Source of the DNA: an uncultured Actinomycetes bacterium
Lineage (GTDB): Bacteria > Actinomycetota > Acidimicrobiia > IMCC26256 > PALSA-610
Direction: 5' to 3'
NCBI GenBank assembly: GCA_963706745.1
Contig: CAVPMX010000002.1
Span: 204,936 to 268,935 of the forward strand
DNA: 64,000 nucleotides
The position numbers and the translations under genes were made by a program. The notes under the pieces are model-generated. The model saw only the letters and a list, made by a program, of their open reading frames with translations, did no database searches and was not told the DNA's origin. Numbering within the stretch: position 1 is the first letter of the stretch; every line of letters begins with the position of its first letter. Shown here one piece after another: positions 40,384-48,492 of this stretch.

Positions 40384-41838
40384 ATGAGCGTTCTGGTCAT
40401 CGACGTCGGGACGAGCGGGGTGCGCGTCGCGGTCGTCCGCCCCGACGTGTCGGTCGCCTTCGACCGTCATGTGCAGACCCTTCCGACTTCGCCGTCCCCC
40501 GGAATGGTCGAGCTCGACGCGACCGCTCTCGCCTCCACGGCGCTGCAGATCGCATTCGACGCGCTCGACGCCACCGGTCGGGTGGACGCCGTCGGCATCT
40601 CGAACCAGAGAGCATCGGTGGTCGTCTGGGATCGTGCGACCGGGGTACCCGTCTCCCCCGGCATCGGCTGGCAGGATCTGCGAACCGTCGGCCGATGCCT
40701 CGAGCTGCGCTCCCAAGGTCTGCGAATCGCACCGAACCAGTCGGCTACGAAGCTCGAGCACATCCTCGACGCGGTCGACCCCGACCGTTCCGCCGACCTC
40801 TGCTTCGGCACCGTCGACTCGTGGATCGCGTGGGCCCTGACAGACGGGGCGCTCCACGTGACCGACGCGACCAACGCCGCCGTCACGGGCCTGCTCGCGC
40901 CCGAGGCGATGGCATGGGACGCCACTGTGCTCGAGACTCTCCGGATCCCCGCGTCGATGCTCCCGGCTGTGGTCGACTCGGCCTGCCCGTCGGGTCGGGC
41001 GATCGGCGAGGCGACGGCGCTGCCGGGGGCTCCGCCGATCACCGCGATGCTCGGCGACCAGCAGGCGTCGCTCGCCGGCCAGGCCTGTGTGCGCACCGGC
41101 GACGCGAAGATCACCTTCGGCACCGGCGGCATGCTCGACCTCAACGTCGGGGAGCGCCCCCCTTCGTTCGACCGGCGCGGTCCGGCCGGCACCTTCCCGA
41201 TCGTGGCCTGGCGACACGGCGGCGCCGACACGTGGGGGATCGAGTCGATCATGCTCGCGGCAGGGACGAACGTCGAGTGGCTGCGAGACGACCTCGGCCT
41301 CGTCGAGGCCGCCGCGGAGTCGCACGACGTCGCCTCCCTCTGCGCCGACACCGGCGGCGTCGTGTACGTCCCCGCGCTGCTGGGCCTCGGCACACCCCAC
41401 TGGGATTACGGCGCCCGGGGCGCTCTCCTCGGCATCACACGCGGTACGGGCCGCCCCGAGGTGGTCCGCGCCGTCCTCGAGGGCGTCGCGCACCGTGGGG
41501 CCGACCTCGTCGAGGCGGCCGAGGCCGACTCGGGGACGACGATCCCCGTGCTGCGCGTCGACGGCGGGATGAGCGACAACCCTACGTTCGTACAGGCGCT
41601 CGCCGACGCTTCACAGCGGCCCGTAGAGGTCTCCCCCGTACGGGAAGCGACCGCACTGGGCGCCGGGCTGCTGGCAGGCATCGCCGTGGGTCATCGCGCC
41701 GGCATCGACGACATCGCGTCCACGTGGTCACCGCGGCTGCGCGTCGAGCCCGTTCGAGCGCTGGATCGCGACCGCTGGCGCGAAGCCTGCTCACGCGCGG
41801 GCGGATGGATCGGTGCCCTCTCCGGCATCGACTTCTGA
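40384..41838 (+). CDS. FGGY-family carbohydrate kinase (glycerol kinase-like)
   Basis: VLVIDVGTSGVRVAVV, ISNQRASVVVWD, FGTGGMLD, VDGGMSDNPTFVQALAD. Confidence 0.85.
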   Translation: MSVLVIDVGTSGVRVAVVRPDVSVAFDRHVQTLPTSPSPGMVELDATALASTALQIAFDALDATGRVDAVGISNQRASVVVWDRATGVPVSPGIGWQDLRTVGRCLELRSQGLRIAPNQSATKLEHILDAVDPDRSADLCFGTVDSWIAWALTDGALHVTDATNAAVTGLLAPEAMAWDATVLETLRIPASMLPAVVDSACPSGRAIGEATALPGAPPITAMLGDQQASLAGQACVRTGDAKITFGTGGMLDLNVGERPPSFDRRGPAGTFPIVAWRHGGADTWGIESIMLAAGTNVEWLRDDLGLVEAAAESHDVASLCADTGGVVYVPALLGLGTPHWDYGARGALLGITRGTGRPEVVRAVLEGVAHRGADLVEAAEADSGTTIPVLRVDGGMSDNPTFVQALADASQRPVEVSPVREATALGAGLLAGIAVGHRAGIDDIASTWSPRLRVEPVRALDRDRWREACSRAGGWIGALSGIDF

Positions 41839-41871
41839 GGCGGCCTACCGGCTCGGGATCGAGCCCGGGAA

Positions 41872-42303
41872 TCAGGTCGCGGCGGCCGTGGCGTTCGCCG
41901 CAGCGGCGTCGGCAGCGGTCCGCTCGTCGGCGAGGTCACGCGCGAGCTTCAACCCGAAACCGGCGGAGAGCGCCGCCACGACGCCGACCACGCGCGCGTG
42001 CCAGCCGAGCTTCGGCGAGAAGAGACAGACCGCTGCATCGACGCCGTCGGCGATCGCCGACATGCCGAGCCACTCAGGTCCGTGACTCCCCTCCTTGATC
42101 GCGCTCAACGACCCGATGCCGAGCACGACGTCGCGCGCTCCCATCATTCGGGCGACCGCTCGCGTCGTGGGTCCGGTGGCGCCGGCCCCCAGCCAGGATC
42201 GGGCCGACGTCGCCGGGGCGACGAGCAGAGCGAGCCCTGCGACGGCACGGGTCCGGGTGAAGACGAGCGCTGTGCTTCGGAGGTCCTGCTCCATGGCCGT
42301 CAT
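41872..42303 (-). CDS. small hydrophobic membrane protein
   Basis: Predicted helices (AVAGLALLVAPA, VVLGIGSLSAI, VVGVVAALSAGFGL). Its start overlaps the stop of the upstream gene by 4 nt. The start choice (42303 vs 42294) is uncertain. Confidence 0.5.
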   Translation of the reverse strand: MTAMEQDLRSTALVFTRTRAVAGLALLVAPATSARSWLGAGATGPTTRAVARMMGARDVVLGIGSLSAIKEGSHGPEWLGMSAIADGVDAAVCLFSPKLGWHARVVGVVAALSAGFGLKLARDLADERTAADAAAANATAAAT

Positions 42304-43289
42304 CCTCGCGCGCCGTCCGGCGGTCGCACCCACTCTGCCCAACCGGAGCCTTCTGCGCCTTCTCCCGAGCGGGCACGGCAGAGGCACCGCACGACGTGCC
42401 CTCCCCGCTCGGAGCCACCCGGGGCCCAGAGGTCATCGAGCGACACCGGGAACGCTGCAATTACATCGACGTCGAGGTCGACCGTGTGGTTGACGACGGA
42501 GCGCGCTGCCACGGGGATGCGGTCGGCGTCCCGGTGGACCTCGCCGACCAGCTCGTCGACGGGTCGACCGCCGGCCTCTGCGCTCCACAGGTACCCAGCC
42601 GGCTCACCGCCGGGCGGCGGCAGCATCAGCCCCGTGGCGAGCGACTCCCCCAGTTGGAACGCGGCGCGGCCGTCCCAGCGCGTCCACCACGGAGGCCCGC
42701 CCCACGAGTGCCCCCGCGCGCCGAGCCCCGAGATGGCGAGACTCATCGACGTCCCCAGATGGAGCTCGCCGTGAACCGAGCAGACCTGCTCGTAGAGGCC
42801 CTCCACGAGCTCACCGCCTCCGCGGCCGCGATCTCCGGTCCGGTCGAGCCGGCCCGTGCCGAACGTCATCGGCGGGGCGGTCGACTCGACGTCGAGCTCG
42901 AACGCGATCGGGAGGCGCTCCCCGTACTCGCTCGCCAGCGCCTCGACCGGGTCCTCCACGCGGACCCCGTACGTCTCGAGGCCGACCGTCCAGTAGTGCA
43001 GAGGCTCCTCGGCCACGTGATCGGCCCACATCTGCTCGCCGCGGACGAGGAGGCGTCCCGCGCCCGGCAGCGGTAGGTCGTGGTCGCGGACGGCGACGCG
43101 TGTGCCGTCGGGGAGAACCACGTGCGCCCAGTACCAAGTGCGCGCCCGCGACGGGAATGAGGCGACGCGAACCGCGACGCCGGCGCCGTCGCCCGTCGAG
43201 ACCTCGAACCACCATGCCTCGCACCAAGCCGGACCCGCGTCCGGGCCCGGTTCGTGGGAGTGCTCGTCGTCCGTGGAGACGGTCGGCAT
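42300..43289 (-). CDS. hypothetical protein (329 aa), family not recognised
   Basis: Last 329 codons of track ORF 42300..44495, from MPTVSTDDEH. Trp-rich, non-repetitive (AWCEAWWFEV, HSWGGPPWWTRWDG). The upstream part of that track ORF is an off-frame overlap of the next gene. Confidence 0.6.
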   Translation of the reverse strand: MPTVSTDDEHSHEPGPDAGPAWCEAWWFEVSTGDGAGVAVRVASFPSRARTWYWAHVVLPDGTRVAVRDHDLPLPGAGRLLVRGEQMWADHVAEEPLHYWTVGLETYGVRVEDPVEALASEYGERLPIAFELDVESTAPPMTFGTGRLDRTGDRGRGGGELVEGLYEQVCSVHGELHLGTSMSLAISGLGARGHSWGGPPWWTRWDGRAAFQLGESLATGLMLPPPGGEPAGYLWSAEAGGRPVDELVGEVHRDADRIPVAARSVVNHTVDLDVDVIAAFPVSLDDLWAPGGSERGGHVVRCLCRARSGEGAEGSGWAEWVRPPDGARG

Positions 43290-43333
43290 CGCCCATCCCT
43301 CTGCGCAGCCGCGGCCCGGTCGGACCGCTCGGC

Positions 43334-44467
43334 TCACGGGATCAGAGGGTAGTAGGGACCGTCGCGAGTGATCTCGGGTGTGCTCTCGAAAGCCTCGAGC
43401 ATCGGGTAGAGGTCGAGACTGTCGCGAGGCATGCTCCAGTCGAGATCGCCGGTACATCCCGCGGCGTCGGCGAACGGTCTGATGAACGAGTAGTAGACGT
43501 ATGCCCCCGCGTCGATCTTCTCGCGCCTCTCCATGCCGGCGATCAGCCTGTAGCAGCGCTTCTGGGCGTCCTTCACGGCGGCGGCCAGAGCGTCGGCACC
43601 GGCGGAGTCGATCGGCGCGAGTCGCCCGCCCGACGTGTCGAAGAGGCCGAACGACTGCACGTGCGGCAGGTAGTCCTCCGGCTCGGTCAGCGAGGTGCCC
43701 CAGTCGGTCACCCTCAGGCGGACGCCGTCGAGCACGAACGCCGCGAGCACGTTGTCGTTCGGGAGGTCGCACGCGACCTCGGCACTCCACGGGAAATCGG
43801 AGACACCGAACTTGTTGAACGCCCGCAGCAGCAGCACGCGTCCGTCGGGGAGGACGTACGGGCCGGTGTCCTGGTAGCCCGCACGCGTGTCGAAGTAGAG
43901 GAGGAAGAGGTAGGAGGTGAGGAGCGCATTGAGGCGCTGGATCTTGGAGCGCCGCTCGTCGGTGACGGGTTCGCACCCGGCTACCACCTCGTCGACGTAT
44001 TCGGAGTACGGGCGGTTGACGCCACCGGTGTCCCACGCCTGGTGCGCGGCCCCCGCGTGGTACGCCCGGGCGGCGCGCTCCCAGAACTCGACCATGATCC
44101 CGCAGCGCGCGAGGTCTTCGTCCCAGTCGATCATCCCGGCAGTTGCGAGGACGTTGCGCCCGGTCAAGAAGATGTTGGTGAGCGACCACAGGTGCACCGC
44201 ATCGACCTGGTTGCCGACCGTGCGACCGGTCGCGCCGATCTCCTCGGGCGGCCTCGCCGCCGCGACCACTCGCAGCATCTCCGGGTGGCGTCGATAGCAC
44301 TCGATGCCCGAGATGAGGATGTATGCCGTCACCGGGATGAGGGCCGACTCCAACGCCGTGCGCTGCACGGTGAGCGTGTAGGAGATCTCCCCGTGGTACT
44401 CCAGCCACCGATTGACGGCGGCCTTGTCCCACCCGGCCGGCGGCTCGAGAGCTCCCGCGCCGCTCAC
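43334..44467 (-). CDS. hypothetical protein (377 aa), family not recognised
   Basis: Balanced, globular-looking composition (WLEYHGEISYTLTVQRTALESALIPVTAYILISGIECYRRHPEML...YVYYSFIRPFADAAGCTGDLDW). 4-nt overlap with the upstream gene. Confidence 0.65.
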   Translation of the reverse strand: MSGAGALEPPAGWDKAAVNRWLEYHGEISYTLTVQRTALESALIPVTAYILISGIECYRRHPEMLRVVAAARPPEEIGATGRTVGNQVDAVHLWSLTNIFLTGRNVLATAGMIDWDEDLARCGIMVEFWERAARAYHAGAAHQAWDTGGVNRPYSEYVDEVVAGCEPVTDERRSKIQRLNALLTSYLFLLYFDTRAGYQDTGPYVLPDGRVLLLRAFNKFGVSDFPWSAEVACDLPNDNVLAAFVLDGVRLRVTDWGTSLTEPEDYLPHVQSFGLFDTSGGRLAPIDSAGADALAAAVKDAQKRCYRLIAGMERREKIDAGAYVYYSFIRPFADAAGCTGDLDWSMPRDSLDLYPMLEAFESTPEITRDGPYYPLIP

Positions 44468-44811
44468 GCGGGCCGCCGGACGACGCCCAGCTCACCGCTG
44501 CAGTCGATCTCGACCGTGTCGCCGTTCGCCGGCTCGTCGCCGAGGGTGGTGCCCATGACGCACGGCACCTGGTACTCGCGACTCACGATCCCCACGTGGC
44601 TCTGCGGGGTGCCCGAGAGGCAGACGACGGCCGTGAGCTCGTCGAAGATCGGGGCGAGGAACGTCGCGCCCGCGTCGGCCACGCAGGCCACGACCCCCTC
44701 GGCCGACCCGTCCATCAGATCGAGGACGTCGTCGGGGGAGTCGAGCCGCCGCCACACTCCCTGCACCGGTGCCGCGTCGAAGACCTTTGTTCCGCTTCCG
44801 ATCTCGCTCAT
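44464..44811 (-). CDS. stand-alone PEP-utilising-enzyme mobile (swivel phosphohistidine) domain protein
   Basis: GVVACVADAGATFLAPIFDELTAVVCLSGTPQSHVGIVSREYQVPCVMG resembles the PF00391 swivel domain with the candidate phospho-His. ATG 44811 has a GGAGCGGAG SD. An in-frame 31-codon extension from ATG 44904 is possible. Confidence 0.8.
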   Translation of the reverse strand: MSEIGSGTKVFDAAPVQGVWRRLDSPDDVLDLMDGSAEGVVACVADAGATFLAPIFDELTAVVCLSGTPQSHVGIVSREYQVPCVMGTTLGDEPANGDTVEIDCSGELGVVRRPA

Positions 44812-45055
44812 GATCTCCGCTCCTGGCCCTGCGGGCCGGGCCGCTCGGGCCACGCTCGGCCAGCGCGGGACGCGAGCTCTCTCGTACAGGGCAGCCTCGC
44901 TCATGATCTCCGCTCCTGGCCCTGCGGGCCGGGCCGCTCGGGCCACGCTCGGCCGCGCGGGACGCGAGCTCTCTCGTGCTGGGCAGCCTCGCTCATGATC
45001 TCCGCTCCTGGCCGCGCGGGACGCGAGCTCTCTCGTACAGGGCAGCCTCGCTCAT
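44812..45055 (-). repeat. tandem array of three MIRU-like units (93, 92 and 59 bp) forming uORFs in the operon leader
   Basis: Minus-strand ATGs at 45055, 44996, 44904 and 44811. uORF-C: MSEAALYERARVPRGQERRS* (ATGA overlap). uORF-B: MSEAAQHERARVPRGRAWPERPGPQGQERRS* (ATGA overlap). Unit A (93 bp) reads through in frame into the gene. The 3' ~45 bp are near-identical to the 35.1-kb units. Confidence 0.9.
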
Positions 45056-45166
45056 CGGCGGGGGAGCCTACCGAGGACCGCACGGGGAGGCGAAACGCGC
45101 AGCGCCGGTGACCGAGAGCGGCTCCGGCGTGCCTTCGCGGAGTCCCGCCCCGTACGATCGCAGCCC

Positions 45167-45775
45167 GTGAGCGATCTACCGCCCGACCACGACGCCTGGG
45201 AGCTCCTGCACGACCTCCGTCTGCGGGGCCTGGTCGAGGAGTCCGAGCACGAGCACGCCGACCTCCTGGTCGAGATCGGCTTCGCCGTCCGCAAGCGGAC
45301 CTACCTCGCCGTGACCCCCGAAGGCCGGGAGCGCCACGCCGCATGGGTGCGCGTCGCCGACGACGCACCCGAGTACGACGCCGCTCGCCGCGCCTACGAG
45401 GCCTTCCTGCCGCTCAACGTCGAGCTGATCCGCCTCTGCTCCGACTGGCAGGTCCGTCCGGGCAACGTCGCGAACGACCACACCGATCTCCGCTACGACT
45501 GGGGCGTCGTCGACCGCCTGCGTGCGCTCGACGAACGAGCCGGTGGCGTCATCCGCCGCCTGGCGAGGGCCGTACCCCGATTCGCCTCATACCGACCCCG
45601 CCTGCGCGACTCCCTGCGCCGTGTCGAGGACGGGGACAACGACTGGTTCACCTCACCCCGCATCGACTCGTATCACACGGTCTGGATGCAGATGCACGAG
45701 GACCTGCTGGCGACCCTCGGCCTGTCCCGTGCGGACGAGGACCCCGGGCCAGAGCCTCCTCCGCCGGGCGCCTGA
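45167..45775 (+). CDS. hypothetical protein (202 aa)
   Basis: GTG start. Non-repetitive sequence (…DWQVRPGNVANDHTDLRYDWGVVDRLRALDERAGG…DSYHTVWMQMHEDLLATLG). Divergent from the PEP-domain operon. Family not recognised. Confidence 0.6.
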   Translation: MSDLPPDHDAWELLHDLRLRGLVEESEHEHADLLVEIGFAVRKRTYLAVTPEGRERHAAWVRVADDAPEYDAARRAYEAFLPLNVELIRLCSDWQVRPGNVANDHTDLRYDWGVVDRLRALDERAGGVIRRLARAVPRFASYRPRLRDSLRRVEDGDNDWFTSPRIDSYHTVWMQMHEDLLATLGLSRADEDPGPEPPPPGA

Positions 45776-45841
45776 CCCTCCCCTCGGACTCGCGCGGCGC
45801 CGGAGACGCACCGCGCCGCCCAGGGATGCGAGCATGGTGAG

Positions 45842-47365
45842 GTGTCGGAGGACCTGTTGGGCGAATCGGTGCGCGAGCTCGTGGAGCGGATCCGCCCCGC
45901 CGTGCTCGCCTGGCCCGAGGCCGAGGGCGCCGACTCCGACGGTGTGACGGCCGGCCTGCTGGCGGAGGCACGGCGGATCGCCGCGGCGTTCGTCGCCGCC
46001 GACGGGCGCCTCAACGACCGACAGCTCATCGCAATGCGCCTGGCGTTCGGAGCGAGAGACCCCGAGCTCGCGAATGGACCGCTCACCGCTCTGCGCACGA
46101 CCGACGTCATCACCCGCGACGCCGGCTTCACGTCGCAGCCGTCACCGCTCTTCCTGCAGCTGGCCGAGTACGACCGCTCCCACGGGACCTCCACTGCGTG
46201 GTCGTACTACGAGGCAGCGTTGGGCGTCGCGCACGCTGTCTGCGCCCTCGCCGACATACCGACGCGCGAGGTGCTCGACTCGCTCGACCGCTATCGCGCG
46301 ATGCTCCTCGAGAACCTCAGGGCTTCCTACATCGTGCGCCCGAAGCCCCCGGAGACCACCGGCGCGCGACCCGACGGGTCGAGACAGGGCGACGCCGGCA
46401 AGGCGGAGTCCGACGCCGTGGCCGCGAGATGGCACGACCCGGCCGCTCTCGGCGGACTGCCCGGTGAGGAGCCCGCCGTCGCCCCCACGCTCGACGGCCT
46501 CCTCGACGAGCTCGACGCGTTGGTCGGCCTGACCGACGTGAAGACCGAGGTGCGGCTCATCGTCAACCTGACGCGTGTCGAGAAGATGCGCGGCGACCAC
46601 GGCCTGCCGGTGCCGGATCGCAGCAGGCACCTCGTCTTCGTCGGCAATCCGGGCACCGGCAAGACGACCGTCGCCCGCCTCCTCTCCCGCATCTACGGGG
46701 TCCTCGGCGTGCTCGCGAAGGGCCACCTCGTCGAGACCGATCGCTCGGGCCTCGTGGCCGGTTACGTCGGCCAGACCGCCATTCGGGTGCAGGAGACAGT
46801 GACATCCTCCCTGGGCGGCACGCTCTTCATCGACGAGGCGTACTCGCTCAGCGGCGGAGGAGACCGCGACTTCGGCGCCGAGGCAGTGGCGACGCTCCTC
46901 AAGCTGATGGAGGACCGGCGCGACGAGCTGGTCGTCGTCGCCGCCGGGTACCCGAAGCCCATGCAGCGCTTCCTCGACTCCAACCCGGGGCTGCGCTCCC
47001 GGTTCCCGAAGACGATCCTCTTCCCCGATTACTCGACCGACGACCTCGTGAGGATCTTCGCCTCGATCGGCGAGGGCCAGAAGTACGTCGCTACCTCCGA
47101 TGCACTCGGGGTCGTGCGCGGATTCCTCGACGCGCAGGAGCGCGGCCCGACGTTCGGGAACGCCCGCCTGGCGCGCAACCTCTTCGAGGCCTCGGTCGCC
47201 CACCACGCGAGCAGGGTCGTCGAGCTGGGGGCGCCCGGCGTCGAAGAGCTCAGCACTCTGCGCCCCGAAGACATCCCCGCCGCGGGCGCCCAGCTCGACC
47301 CGGCGCACGACCCCGAACACGACACCGCGCACGGCACCGCGGCTTGCGGAGATGCGCCTTGCTGA
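45842..47365 (+). CDS. AAA+ ATPase of the CbxX/SpoVK/EccA type with an unassigned N-terminal domain
   Basis: LVGLTDVKTEVRLIVN, Walker A GNPGTGKTTVARLL, Walker B TLFIDEAYSL, and VVVAAGYPKPMQRFLDSNPGLRSRF. The N-terminal ~230 aa may be TerB-like (AAFVAADGRLNDRQLIAMRLAF); that assignment is inference only. Confidence 0.85.
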   Translation: MSEDLLGESVRELVERIRPAVLAWPEAEGADSDGVTAGLLAEARRIAAAFVAADGRLNDRQLIAMRLAFGARDPELANGPLTALRTTDVITRDAGFTSQPSPLFLQLAEYDRSHGTSTAWSYYEAALGVAHAVCALADIPTREVLDSLDRYRAMLLENLRASYIVRPKPPETTGARPDGSRQGDAGKAESDAVAARWHDPAALGGLPGEEPAVAPTLDGLLDELDALVGLTDVKTEVRLIVNLTRVEKMRGDHGLPVPDRSRHLVFVGNPGTGKTTVARLLSRIYGVLGVLAKGHLVETDRSGLVAGYVGQTAIRVQETVTSSLGGTLFIDEAYSLSGGGDRDFGAEAVATLLKLMEDRRDELVVVAAGYPKPMQRFLDSNPGLRSRFPKTILFPDYSTDDLVRIFASIGEGQKYVATSDALGVVRGFLDAQERGPTFGNARLARNLFEASVAHHASRVVELGAPGVEELSTLRPEDIPAAGAQLDPAHDPEHDTAHGTAACGDAPC

Positions 47366-47376
47366 CCTCTCCCGGG

Positions 47377-48492
47377 ATGTCTCCGGTCCTCAAGCGCGCT
47401 CTTGCACTCGTCGCCGCCATCGGGATGGTCGGAGCCGCGCTCGTCATCCGATCGGTCGTCTTCGACGACGAGACCGCGGGAACCGATGGCACGGGCGGCG
47501 ACGGAACCGTCATCGGCGCCGCGCGACTCATCTGCGCCACCGAGCTCGAGAGCGCATGCCGCTCCCTGGCCGATCGACTCGGCGACGACATCACGGTCGC
47601 GACAGAGGATGCCGGCGCGACCGCAGCGCGGCTCGTCGACGCCGCACCCGGCGACGACCCCGGTCTCGACGGATGGCTGACCCTCTCGCCATGGCCTCAG
47701 ACGGTCGCGGACTCACGTGCGCGGTCCAACGCCCGACCGGTCCTCGGAGCGGTCTCCGATCCGGTGGCTCGTTCGCCCCTGGTCATGGTGGTGCGCTCCG
47801 ACCGCGCCGAGGTGCTCGCCCCGCGCTGCCCGGACCGCACCCTGGGCTGGCGCTGCATAGGCGATGCTGCCGGCCGCCCGTGGAGCGAACTCGGCGGCGA
47901 GGAGACCTGGGGCAGCGTCAAGCTCGCCCACGAGGACGCGACCGGCTCAGCATCGGGAGCGCTCCTGGTGGGCCAGGCGGTGGGGCACTACCTCGCGACA
48001 CCCGAGATACCCGCGACGGCGATCTCCACGATCGACTGGGAGACGAGCGACGGCTTCGCTGCCTGGTTCCAGCGCCTCGAGGGCGCCGTGCCACGCAACG
48101 GCTTCGACCCTCCCGCCGGGAGCCCGTTCGCCCAGTTCCTCCAGGGGCGCTTCGTCGAGTACGACATCGTCGCCGCGCTCGAGGCCGAGGTCGGCCCTGC
48201 CCTCGCCCGGGCGTCCGGGCTGGGGGACTCGGTGGTGGTGGCTTACCCTGAGCCCGTGGGCACCGCCGACGTCGTCTTCGTACCGCTCCTCCGCAGCGAC
48301 TCCGCAGATCGCCTGCGCGAGTCGGCCACCGGGCCCGAGGCGCGCTCGTCCATCGCTGCGGCGGGCTGGCGCGTCGAGGGCGAAGACCGCGCTGCAGGGG
48401 TCCGCGACTCACCGCCGCTGCCCGACGGGAACGGTCTTCCCTCGGCAGGCGCAATCGACGCGCTGACGTACGCTGTGGGAGGAGGTCACCCG
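47377..48492 (+). CDS. membrane-anchored solute-binding-like protein (no stop codon before the next gene's ATG)
   Basis: First third of the 1045-aa track ORF. N-terminal TM helix (LALVAAIGMVGAALVI). The body is paralogous to the SBP-like part of the following protein. Confidence 0.55.

Noticed and set aside
36956-41493. Long minus-strand ORFs (515, 494 and 459 aa) opposite glpD, the FAD oxidase and the glpK-like gene
   Set aside because: Shadow ORFs. The plus-strand genes carry clear FAD-binding and FGGY motifs, and the minus-strand translations are R/G/D/V-rich without motifs.
43290-44495. N-terminal 400 codons of the 731-aa minus-strand ORF
   Set aside because: An off-frame overlap of the 377-aa gene (43334..44467), whose translation is far more protein-like. 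The 329-aa product starting at 43289 is retained.
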